NCBI RefSeq assembly: GCF_030028105.1
Contig: NC_092377.1
Span: 103,779,177 to 103,843,176 of the forward strand
Length of the DNA stretch: 64,000 nucleotides
Direction of reading: 5' to 3'
DNA from: Mobula birostris
Taxonomy: Eukaryota
Both the position numbers and the translations under genes were made by a program. Shown in pieces: positions 13,640 to 25,680 of the stretch. The notes below the pieces were generated by a model. That model worked only from the letters and a program-made list of their open reading frames with translations. It was not told the DNA's origin and searched no databases. The number at the start of each line of letters is the position of its first letter. The first letter of the stretch is position 1.

Positions 13640-14530
13640 ATTCATTCAAAAGTACAGCACAGAAACAGGCCCTTCAGTCCGTCTGGTCTGTGCCGAACCA
13701 TTTAAACTGTCTACTCACATCGACCAGAGCCCTCCATGGCCTATTCTATGTACCGAAACAAACTCTTAAATGTTGAAATCGAGCTTGCATGCGCCACCTG
13801 TGCTTTCAGGTCATTCCACACTCTCACAACCCTCTGAGTAAGGTTTCCCTTAAACTTCACCCTAATTGATGACCTCTGGTTGTAGTTTCACCCGACCTCA
13901 GCATCTATGCCCCTTATAATTTTGTATATGTCTTATCAAATCTCCTCTCAATCTTCTACATTCCAAGGAATAAAGTCCTAACCTATTAAATCTATTAACT
14001 CCAGTCTTTCAAACCCAGCAACATCCGTGTGAGTTTTCTCAGTACCCTTTCAACCTTATTCACATCTTTCCTGCGGGTAGGTGACCAAAACTGCACACAA
14101 TACTCCAAAATAGGCTTCACAGTGTCTTATACAACTTCAACATAATATCCCATCTCTTGTACTCAATAATTTATGATTAACAAAGGCCAATATGCCAGAA
14201 GCTTTCTTTATGACCCTATCTGTCAGTGATGCCAATTTCAATGAATTATGGACCTGTATACTCAGGTCTCTTTTACCACACTCCTCAGTGCCCTTCTGTT
14301 CACTGTAAGATCAACCCTCATTGGTCCCACCAAAGTGCAAAACCTCACACTTGTCTGCATTAAATTCCATCTGCCAGTTTTGCAGCTGGTCCACATCCCC
14401 TGCAAGCCACAATAGCCTTCCTCATAATATATCTGGGTCCCTAACCTTCCCACTGCTAATGTCAGTCTCACTGGCGTATAATTTCCTTGTTAATTTTTAG
14501 AGCCTTCCTTAAACAGCCGAACGTTTCTTT
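13640..14530 (-). mobile_element. CR1 LINE 3' fragment
   Basis: Reverse CR1 tail (cagcacagaaacaggcccttcag) and RT C-terminal motifs. Confidence 0.75.
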
Positions 14531-14579
14531 GTTTCATCTACTGCTTCAGGGTGTATCATGATAATGAACACCTCTGTCT

Positions 14580-15240
14580 TGGGTAACAAGTGACCTGTAG
14601 CATTCACACCACAGAAGTAATCTCCAATGAGAAAGTGTAATCACCTGCTCTTGACATTCATTGACATTGCCATTGTTGAGTTCACCACCATCAATCACCT
14701 CGGGGCCACAGTGATCAGAAAGTCTCCAGGAGCAGCCGTGTAAATACTGTGAGTTCCAAGTAGGGCAGTGGGACATCACCAGAGCTGCTATACTTTCTCA
14801 ATAGACAGAGACACACTGAGTGAAATCACAGATAGATGACAGGCAGAATTAACCCATTATGATACAGACAGGTAGACAGTCATGGAATTTAATGCTGAGG
14901 CCAGATGCCTGAGCCGTGACAGATAGAAGACGTGGATTTGTTCTCTTAATTTGTGTTGAGGCTCATTGTGACAGTGTGACGACAGAGATCACCAGATAGA
15001 CAAAGACTGCCTTGTCTGAAACGTTGCCCTTCACCCATGGATATCTTTTGTAAACATTTTACAGGGTAGAAAAGGCAAAGGATTGGAGTTCAGGTATCTC
15101 AAACACAACAACTCATCAGTCCTGCTGTGAATGTCAATTCACAAGCAATGGAATACCGTCCATCTTTGAATGTGGTAAGGAGATGATAGATATGATATCA
15201 CGCCAGTCACAGCAAGGACAACTTGGCTACGTGTCAGTGT
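14580..15240 (+). pseudogene. Third copy of the ZNF intron/acceptor unit, with no zinc fingers following
   Basis: Similar to 4150-4700 and 11010-11570; acceptor attttacag|g at about 15064. Confidence 0.55.
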
Positions 15241-15639
15241 AGGGGTGAGATTTCGAGAAAGCAATTTGGAGATAAACCTTGTCTGTCTTTGAGTTATTGA
15301 AGGAGTTAACGGATATTTTCTTTGTAACACTGGTATATCATTGGTGCACTGCAGGTCCTGAGGAGACATTGGATTGTGTAGAGGGAGAGAGAGTAAAAGG
15401 GGGGGGGGGGCAGTCAGCACATTTTGCATGCCACTGCCACCAATGAGAAATTGGATTGTGCTTAATTAGGCACCTGGCAAGGACCAATAAAAAGTAGTTA
15501 GGTTTAGATGAAGTTGCCATTGTTGGGGCAATGTTGAAATAGGTAGGTGAGGCTTTCACAAGGAGAGGCATAGAATGTAGGTATTAATTATTTTTTCCTA
15601 TTGCCCACTTAAAGCAGTGAGGATGCCAGGTAGGGTAGT

Positions 15640-17730
15640 GGAATGCTCCTCTTGAGATATGGGATGGCAGGGAGACTTCCAGTGTCTCTGACGACTACAC
15701 CCGCGGGAAGTGTATCGAGCTGCAGCTTCTAACAGACCGTGCTAAGGAATTGTAGAACTAAGATATCACATTTACTGTCTCCATCAGGGCTCCAGCACTC
15801 TGTTGTCTCCCACAGCAGCCTGGGATACAACTCATCAGGGCCTGGGCATTTATCTACTTTTATCCCTGCAAAGACAGAATAATTTCTCCTTTTAAATCTT
15901 AACATGCTGCAGAACTTCACTGCCAAACCTGAGATCTCCAATAACAATGTCTTTCTCCTTGGTGAATGCTGATGAGAAATATTCATTTCAGGCCCTGCCC
16001 ACATCCTCTGGCCCCACACAATGGTTGTCACTTTGGTTTTGTTTAGCTCTGGTTACCCTCTTGTTCTTAATATACTTAGAGTACTACTTGCTACTGTTAT
16101 TAGTTCTTGAGGTTTTTATTAATATTCAATGTTACTGATATATTGTGACACCACTTTGTTCTTCTGATTACTTAATACATTCCCAACACTCTGTGTCCAC
16201 CAGTCTTCAGCAATCTTTACCCATTACATGCTGCTTATTCTTTCAGTCAATATCCCGTGGCATCCCTTCTCCTTCCCTCCACAGGAAAACAGTGACCGTG
16301 AACTCTCACTACTTCACCATTTAACAACTTCCAATTCCCAAATGCTGGGTGGTCTTGGGGACCTGAGTTAGAAATAGAAGTTGTGTAGATTAGGGACAAG
16401 CCACCAGGGACAGGGCTCTGGCACTGGGACTCTCTGTGACTCAAAGGAGAAGGAGGTAGAGGAATGTGGTAGTGATAGGGGATTCACTGGATAGGGGTAT
16501 AGACAGGAAATTCTGTGGATGAAAACAATACTTCTGGATGTATGTTACTTATTCAGATGCCAGGATCAGAGACGTCTCAGATCATTCATGGGGGGGGGGG
16601 GTTGGTAGCTAGAAGCTGTGGTCCACATCTGGTATCATTGGGCAAGGGTCTTGCAGCTGGATTATAACATTGGTGAATGTTAGGTCAACCATGTTGGAAG
16701 GAAAAAATAGAAGATTCAATTATTATTTCAATGGTGAAAGTTTGCAGCAAGCTGTGTGGCACCTTGTCAAAGGCCTTCTGAAAATCTGATTACAGAACAT
16801 CAACTGATTCTCCTTCGTCTATCCTGCTTGTTACATCTTCAAAGAATTCCAACAGATTTCTCAGGCAAGATTTTCCCTTGAGGAAACTATGCTGACAGTG
16901 GCCTATTTTATCACGTGCTTCCAAGTACCCTGAGACCTCATCCTTAATAATTGACTCCTACATCTTCCCAAACATGAGGTCAAACTAACCGGCCTATTGT
17001 TTCCTTTCTTCTGCTTCTCTCCCTTCTTGAAGAGTGAAGTGATATTTACAATTTCCCACTCTTCCAGAACTATTCCAGAATATAGTGATTCTTGAAATGC
17101 CTCTGTGATCTCTTCAGCCACCTCTTTCAGAACTCTGGATTGTACACCATCTGGTCCAGGTGACTTCTACTGTACTGTACTTTTTTTCCCCAGAACTCTC
17201 TCTCTAGTTAGGGTAACATCACACACTTCATTCCCCCTGACACCTGGAATTTCCACCATACTGCTAGTGTCTTCCACAGTGAAGACTGATGCAAAATTCC
17301 TATTCAGTTCATCCATCATTTTGTTGTTGTTCATATCTACCTATGCAGCATTCGGATATCCACTCTCTTTCCTCTCTTTTACACTTTACATTCTGCTATT
17401 TAACCTGCCATTCAATGGACTATTTCATCAAAATCCCACTCCAATCCTGGATAATCTTCACTGTCCACTATGCCACTAATTTTGGAGTCATCTACAGTCT
17501 CACTAACCATCTTGGAATGGAGGCCAGTGACTAATGGTACGCCACTGTGGTCAATGTTGGGACCCTTGTTATTTGTTATTCATATAAATGATTTAGATGT
17601 AATTGCACAGGGTTTCATCAGTATGTTAATGGACAACACAAAATTAGGAGTGTTTGTTGATTGTGAAGAAGGTTATTGTAGATTACAGAGCGGATTGATC
17701 AGTTAGAGAAGTGGAGCAAGGAGAGGCAGA
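15640..17730. mobile_element. Mosaic of decayed CR1 fragments in both orientations
   Basis: DKCPGPD.LYPRLL; LFKKG..GN.RPVSLTS; W.PVTNG.P..S.LGPLLFVI.INDLD. Confidence 0.7.
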
Positions 17731-17732
17731 TA

Positions 17733-20700
17733 AAGAAAACATACAGCACAGTACAGGCCCTTCAGCCCACAAAGCTGTGCTGAACATGTCCCTACCTTAG
17801 AACTACCTAGGCTTTACTCATAGCCCTCTATTTTTCTAAGCTCCGTGTAGCTATCCAGGAGTCTCTTAAAAGATCCTATTGTTTCTGCCTCAACCACTAC
17901 TGCTGGCAGCCCATTCCACGCACTCAGCACTCTCTGCGTAAAAAACTTACCCCTGACATCTCAGCCATGCACTCATCTGCCATAACCTCCTGTTCCTACC
18001 CTCTCTGTCTTGCGGCACAGGCAGCAATCCCGAGATTACCACCCTTGAGGTCCTGCTTTTTAACTTCTTTCCTAACTCCCTATATTTCTTCTTCAGGACC
18101 TCATCTCTACTCCTATGTATGTCATTGGTCCCCACGTGGACCATGACATCTGGCTGCTCATCCTCTCTCCTGAGAATACTGAGAACTCGATCCGAGACTA
18201 TCTGGGATTCTCGATCTTTCCCACAGAACCTCTTATCCGTCCCCCTAACTATCAAATCCCCTATCACTACTGCTCTCCTCTTTTCCCTCCTTCCTTTCTG
18301 AGCTGAGGGTGCAGTCTCAGTGCCAGAGACGTGACCACTAGAACTTGTCCCTGGTAGTTCATCCCCATCAACAATATCCAAAACGTAATATTTATTGTTG
18401 ATTGGAACGGCCACAGGGGTGCTCTGCTCTTTCTGCCTATTCCCCTTCCCTCTCCTGATAATCACCCAGTTACCTGTCTCCTGACTTTTAGGGGTGACTG
18501 TCTCCCTGAAACTCCGATCTATTACTACCTCTGCCTCCCGAATGATCTGAAGTTCATCCAGCTCCAGCTCCAGTTCCCTAACTCTGTTTAACAGGAGCTG
18601 CAGCTGGATGCACCTTTTGCAGGTGTATTCATCAGAGACAATTGTGCTGTCCCTGACTTCCCACATCTTACAATCAGATCACTGGACTGCCCTATCTACT
18701 GCCTCCATTACCAACTCCTAAATTGATTAAATTAATTAAAGAAACTTACCCGGCTTTACCTCACTGGGAGCAAGCTCGTCCTCAATCTCTGCTTGCCGAA
18801 GCTTCTCGAGCCAAAGCCCCGAAGCTTCTCGAGCCAAAGCCTCAAAGCTCCACTCCTTCACTGGCCCACTCACTCACTGTCCGCGTCTGCTTGAGCTACC
18901 CCTCTTTTTATTTGTTTAAGCTTTCAATTTTCAATTGCCTAATCAAGCTGCTGATGAATGCGTGACTGAAGAGTTGGTGCAAGGGGCAGGGGTTCAGATT
19001 TCTGGATCATTGGGATCTCTTCTGGGGAAGGTCTGACCTGTACAAAAAGGACAGGCTTCACCCGAACTGGAAAGGGACCAATATCCTGGCGGGCAGGTTT
19101 GCTAGAGCTGTTGGGGAGGGTTTAAACTAGCTTGGCAGGGGGGTGGGAATCAGAATGTGAATGCAGAGATCAGGGTAGAAGGACAAGGGCATGATGCTAT
19201 GTGTTCTGAGTTGGTGAGGAAGGACAGGCAGGGGACAAAACATAAATATAGCCAGTTAGAGGGGTTGAAATGTGTCTATTTCAGCGCTAGGAGTATTAGG
19301 AATAAAGGGGATGAACTTAGAGCATGGATCAGTATGTGGAACTACGATGTTGTGGCCGTTACTGAAACTTGGCTGGAGGAAGGGCAGGATTGGCTGATGC
19401 AGGTACCGGGGTTTAGGTGTTCTAAATGGAATAGGATGGGAGGTAGAAAAAGGGAGGGGGGGGAGTAGCATTACTGCTCAGGGATAGTATCACGGCTATA
19501 AAAAGGGAAATGCTGTAGAGGGAGTATCCATTGAGTCGGTGTGGGTGGAAGTCAGAAATAGGAAGGGATCAATCACTGTGGTGGGAGTAGTCTATAGGCC
19601 CCCAAATAGCCCTCAGGACACCAAGGAGCAGATAAGCAGGCAGATTTCAGAATGGTGCAGGAAATACAGGGTTGTAGTTAGGGGTGATTTCAACTTCCCT
19701 TATATTGACTGGCACTTCCTCACTGCAAGGGGGATAGATGGGGCTGAATTTGTCAGGTGTGTACTAGAAGGATCCTAAAACAGTACGTGGACCAGCCGAC
19801 GAGAGGAGAGGCCATACTGTATCTAGTTCTGGGTAATGAACCTGGTCAGGTGGCAGACCTCTTGGTGGGGGAGCATTTTGGTGAGAGTGACCACAACTCC
19901 CTGAGCTTCAGCATAGCTATGGAAAAGGATAAAAACAGACAAAATGGGAAAGTGCTTAACTGGGGAAGGGCTAACTATGAAGGGATGAGGCAGGAACTAG
20001 CGAGAGTAAATTGGAAACAGATGTTCAAGGGTGAAAGCACACAAGTAATGTGGAGGAAGTTTAGGGACCACATGTCCTGGGTTCAGGATAGGTTTGTCCC
20101 ACTGAAACAAAGAAAAAATGGCAGGAAAAAGGAACCATAGCTGATGAAACACGTGAGGCAATTTGTCAAGAGGAAGAAGGAAGCATATGTTAGATATAAG
20201 AAGCAGGAGGGGCTCAGGAGAATTATAGGATAGCCAGGAAGGAGCTTAAGAAAGGAGTTGGGGCGAGCTCAAAGGGAGCCTGAGAAGGCCTTGGCATATA
20301 GGATTAAGGAGAACCCCTTGTGTATGTGAAGAACAGAAGGATGACAAGAATGAAGGTGGGGCTGCTAAATGATAAAGAAGGCAACATGTGCCTGAAGGTG
20401 GAGGAGGTTGGGGAGGTCCTAAGTGAATACTTCGCTTCAGTATTCACAAGATAAAAGGACCTTGATCAGGGTGAGGTCGAAATAGAACAGGCCTGTGTGC
20501 TGGACAATGTGGAGATTAAGGAAAAAGTAACATTGGATCTTCTTAAAAACATCAAGATTGATAAGTGCTGTGGGAAGTGAGAAAAGAGATCGCTGGAGCA
20601 GTAGCTATGATCTTTGAATCCTCTTTGGCTGCAGGGGAGGTGCCGGAGGATTGGAGAATGACAAATGTAGTTCCCTTGTTTAAAAAAGGTAATAGGGAGA

Positions 20701-22730
20701 ATCCTGGGAATTATAGACCGGTGAGTCTTACGTCGGTGGTCTGCAAACTATTGGAAAGGATTCTTAAGGATAGGATCTGCGAGGATTTGGAGAAGTACAG
20801 TCTACTCAAGGATAGTCAACATGGCTTTGTGAAGGGTAGGGCGGTAGATGTGGTCTACATGGATTTTAGCAAGGCATTTGACAAGGTCCCCCACGAGAGA
20901 CTCATCCAGAAAGTCATGAGGCATGGGATCAGTGGAACCTAGGAAGAAAGCAGAGGGTAGTAGTGGAAGGAAAGTATTCTGCCTGGAGGTCGGTGACTAG
21001 TGGAGAGCCGCAAGGATCTGTCCTGGGACCCCTGCTCTTTGTGATTTTTATAAATGAACTGGATGAAGAGGCGGAAGAATGGGTGAGTAAGTTTGTGGAT
21101 GACACAAAGATTGGAGGAGTTGTGGATGGAGCTGTAGGTTGTCGAAGGTTACAAGAGGATATAGACAGGATGCAGAGTTGGGCAGAAAAGTGGCAGATGG
21201 AGTTCAATCCAGATAAGTGTGAGGTGATGCATTTTGGAAGGACAAATCAGAAGGCTGGGTGCACGGTTAATGGTCCGTTACTTAAGAGTGTGGATGAACA
21301 GAGGGATCTTGGGGTTCAAATCCATACATCCCTCAAGGTCGCTGCACAGGTTGATAGGATAGTTAAGAAAGCCTATGGGATGCTAGGCTTCATTAATAAG
21401 ATTAGGGAGTTCAAGAGTAGAGTGGAGAGGTCACATTGCAACTGTACAAAGTCCAAGAGTAGAGAGGTCATGTTGCAGCTCTACAAATCTTTGGTGAGAC
21501 TCTGGTCACCTCATTATAGGAAGGATGTGGAAGCTATGGAGAGGGTGCAGAGGAGATTTACCAGGATGTTGCCTGGATTGGAAAACAAGTCTTATGAGGC
21601 AAGGTTAGCAGAGCTGGGACTTTTCTCTTTGGAGCATAGAAGGATGAGAGGGGACTTGATAGAGGTCTACAAGATTACGAGAGGCATAGATAGGGTGGAT
21701 AGCCAGTACCTGTTTCCCAGGGCACGAATAGTAAACACCAGAGGGCATATGTACAAAGTTAAGGGAAGGGAGACATCAGGGGTAAGTTTTTTTTAAAACA
21801 CAGAGGGTTGTGGGTGCCTGGAATGACTTGCCAGGGACGGTGGTGGAGGCTAAAACATTAGAGATATTTAACAGCCTCTTGGACAGGCACATGGATGAAA
21901 GAAAAATAGAGGGTTACAGGGTAGTGTGGGTTTAGTACTTTTTTTTAAGGATTATATGGGATGGCACAACATCGAGGGCAGAAGGGCCTGTACTGTGCTG
22001 TTGTATTCTAGTGTATAGTATCTCCTCTGTACCTACTTCCAAGCATCTTAAAACTATGCCCTCTCATGCTAGCAATTTCAGCCCTGGGGCAAAGCCTGTG
22101 ACCATCCACACGATCAATGCCTCTCATTACCTTGCACACCTCTATCAAGTCACCTCTCATCCTCCGTCGCTCCAAGGAGAAAAGGCCGAGTTCACTCAAC
22201 CTATTCTCATAAGGCATGCTCCCCAATCCAGGCAACATCCTTGTAAATCTCCTCTGCACCCTTTCTATGGTTTCCACGTCCGTCCTGTAGCGAGGCGACC
22301 AGAACTGAGCACAGTACTCCAAGTGGGGTCTGACCAATGTCCTATATAGCTGTAACATTACCTCTCGGCTCTTAAACTCAATCCCACGATTGATGAAGGC
22401 CAATGCACCGTATGCCTTCTTAACCACTGGGTCAACCTGCACAGCAGCTTTGAGTGTCCTATGGACTCGGACCCCAAGATTCCTTTGATCCTGCTCACTG
22501 CCAAGAGTCTTACCAGTAATACTACATTCTGCCATCATATTTGACCTATCAAAATGAACCACTTCATACTTATCTGGGTTGAACTCCATCTGCCACTTCT
22601 CAGCCCAGTTTTGCATCCTATCAATGTCCATTGTAACCTCTGACAGCCCTCCACACTATCCACAACACCCCCAACCTTTTTTGCTGATGACACACTTACT
22701 AACCCATCCCTCCACTTCCTCATCCAGAAG
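17733..22730 (-). mobile_element. Host CR1 3' half (17733-17962 plus 22020-22730), split by a nested CR1 insertion
   Basis: acttacccctgacatctc|ctctgtacctacttccaagc is contiguous in the related copy at about 63770-63810; ORF 22008-22631 is the CR1 ORF2 C-terminus. Confidence 0.85.
17963..22019 (+). mobile_element. Near full-length CR1 with inverted 5' segment (5'UTR and ORF1 on minus, 17963-18950; ORF1 end, ORF2 and tail on plus, 18951-22019), TSD atctc
   Basis: Minus ORF 17947-18666 is ORF1 (VIGD..VRG, VHVGTND, SGLLP); plus strand carries EN (SARSIRNK, ETW, GDFN, SDH) and RT (NYRPVSLTS, DFSKAFD, PQGS, FVDD). Confidence 0.88.
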
Positions 22731-22759
22731 TGGGGCAAGGAGTGGCAAATAGTCACAGA

Positions 22760-25235
22760 ACAGCACAGCACAGAAACAGGCCCTTTGACCCACAGAATCC
22801 ATGCCAGACTATTATTCTCCCTTGTCACGTCGATCTACTCCCAGAGCATAGCTTTCATTCCCTTCCCATTTATGTACTTAGCCAAATTACTCTTAAACAT
22901 TGAAATCGAACCCTCAATTATCACCTCCACAGGTCATTCCACACTGTCACCACCTTCTGACTGAAGTAGTACCCCTGATATTTCACCTTTCACTTTTATC
23001 CCTTAACCTTTGACCTCTAGTTCCAGTTTCACTCAACCTCAGTGCAAGAAGCCTGCTTGCATTTACCCCATCAATAAATTTGGATACTGTACCTCTATCA
23101 AATCTACACTCATTGTCCCACGCTCCAATTTTGAATCTCCACCCGAGGACCGGACCTACTGTATCCTTTTCTATAATTATCTTGAAACTAATGAAATTAT
23201 GATGACTATGTCCAAAGTGTTCTACCATACACTCCTGTCACCTGCCCTGTCTCATTCCTGAATAGGAGATCCAGTATCACACTCTTTCTAGTTGGGACCT
23301 CTGTATATTGATTAAGGAAACTTCCCTGAACACATTTGCCAAACTCTATTTCATCCAGCCCCTTTACTTCATGGGGTTCACAGTCAATATGTGGAAATTT
23401 AAAATCAGCTACTATCAAAACCTTATTTATCTTGCAACTGTCTAGTATCTGTCTATAAATTTACCCTAAATTCCACTGACCTTTGAGTGGTCTATATTAT
23501 AATCCAATTTAACCTATTCCTCTGTTCCACCCTTGCAGCCTCAGTGGACGAGCTCTTTAGCCTGTCCTGACTGAGTACTGTGGTAACATTTTCCCTGACT
23601 ATTTACTCTATCCCTCCTACACTATCATGTCAAGTACATTTCAACAGGTATGATATGCATAATGGGATGTCAAACCAGGGCTTACACAATGAGTAATAGA
23701 GCACTAGGTAGTGTAATGGAACAGAGAAATCTGGGAATACAAACACTTAGTACATTGAAAGAGGTGTCACTGATACAGTGTGGTGAAGGGGTTGTTTGTC
23801 CTCTGATCTCCATCGGCAGGGCAGTCATTGGGTACGGGAGCTGAGACATTATGTTGCAGTTGTATATGTTGTCAGTGAGGCCTCACTTGGAGGACTAGGT
23901 ATTGTTTTGGTCACCCTATGACAGGAAACACATAGTTTAACTGGAAAGAATGCAGAAAAGGTTTGTGAGGATGTTGCTTGCACTAGAAGACTGGAGTTGC
24001 GGGCAGAGGTTGGCCAGAAGGGAAATCTTGAATGACAAATCTGTTAAGAGTTCTTTGAGGAAGTAACAAGCAGGGTGGACAAAGGTGGATATCCTTTACT
24101 TGGATTTTCAGAAGGCGTTTGATAAGGTGCCACACACGAGGTTGCTTAACAAAATAAAATCCCATGGCATTGCAGGAAAGATACTGGCATGGATAGAGGA
24201 ATGGCTGACGGGCAGGAGGCAGCGAGTGGAAATAGAAGGGGCCTTTTCTGTTTGGCTGCAGGTGACTAGTGGTGTTTCTCAGGGGTCAGTATTGGGATCA
24301 CTACTTTTCACATTGTTTGTCAGTGATTTAATGAAATTGATGGCTTTGTGGCAAAGTTTGCAAATGATATGAAGATAGGTGGAGGGGTTGGTGTGCTGAG
24401 GAAGCAATGTGATTGCAGCAGGACTTAAACAAATTGGAAGAATGGGCAAAAAAAGTGGCAGATGGAATACAATGTTGGGAAATGTATGATAATGCATGTT
24501 GGTAAAAGGAACATAGTGAGGACTATTATCTAAATGGGGAGAAGGTTCAAACATCAGAGGTGCAGGGGGAATTAGGAGTCATCATGCAAGACTCCCAGAA
24601 AGTTAATTTACAGATTGAGTCTGTGGTAAAGAAGGCAAATGCAATGTTGGCATTTATTTCAAGGGGAATAGAATATAAAAAACAAGGAGATAATGCTGAG
24701 GCTTTGTAAGACAGCAGTCAGGTCACTTTGGCAGTATTATCAAATGTTTTGGGCCCCATATCTCAGAAAGGATGTGCTGTCATTGGAGAGTCCAGAGGAG
24801 GTCAACAAGGATGATTCAGGGAATGAAGGGGTTAACATCAGAGGAGCATTTGGCAGCTTTGGGCCTGTACTCACTGAAGTTTAGAAGAATGTGGGAGGGG
24901 GTGGCATCTCATTGAAACCCATCAAATGTTGAATGGACTCAGTAGGGTGGATGTAGAGAGAATGCTTCCTATGGCAGGGGTATCTAGAACTAGAGGGCAC
25001 TGCCTCAAACAGAGGTAAGGAAGATTGTTTTAAGACAGTAGTAAATCTGTGGAATGCTTTGCCACAGACTGCTGTGGAGACAGAAGTTGATTGTTCTGAT
25101 CAGTCAGGGCATCAAAAGACATGGCGAGAAGGCAGGTGTATGGGGTTGAGTGGGATCCAGAATCAGCTGTGATGGAATGGCAGAGCAGACTCGATGGGCT
25201 GAATGGCCTAATTCTGCTCTTATGTCTTATGGTCT
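22760..25235. mobile_element. CR1 fragments, including a plus-strand RT-to-3'-tail piece at 24030-25235
   Basis: YLDFQKAFDKVPH, VTSGVSQGSVLG; tail gggctgaatggcctaattctgctcttatgtcttatgg. Confidence 0.8.
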
Positions 25236-25469
25236 GAATTTTCAGAGAAATTTAACCAAAGATAGTCAGCAAAAAATCTAGAGGTTATCCTTTTCTACCC
25301 CTCCCTGTCTCTCCCCGCACTGAAGAGGACTCTCTCCTCACATTCCCACCTTCTTTGAAATATTAACCATTTAATGTGAGATTGAATTTCAGAAAAACCA
25401 GTGGACGAGGTTGTCAGGTAATTATTGATAATTACACCACGGGATTGAAACCGCTCCAAACACAGACTG

Positions 25470-25680
25470 GAGCGGATATCGGGTCACAAAGAGCGCCGTT
25501 GTTACATTGAAGGGTCTGGAGATTAAGTTCCCATTCTCTTATAGTGAGCGCAATAACCCAGTGAGAGTACGGCCTTATTCATCAATGAACAGAGAGAGTG
25601 AGTTCCCTGGATGACCTGAAATTTGAAAAACACGCCGGAAAGGTTGTTTATTTATCAAACAGAAGTCTGCCAGTGATATT
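25470..25680 (+). repeat. Diverged local duplicate of the H3-downstream block at 27030-27340
   Basis: Shared gatatcgggtcac.aag.gcgccgtt, aagggtctggagattaa and ggatgacctga.attt.aaaa. Confidence 0.75.

Noticed and set aside
15398-16602. Poly-G runs at about 15399-15410 and 16590-16601 as G-quadruplex elements
   Set aside because: Isolated homopolymers in decayed repeat context; no supporting evidence.
20565-22631. Long RT-like ORFs as an active retrotransposon or host gene
   Set aside because: Stops, frameshifts and internal deletions; they are fragments of two different CR1 copies.
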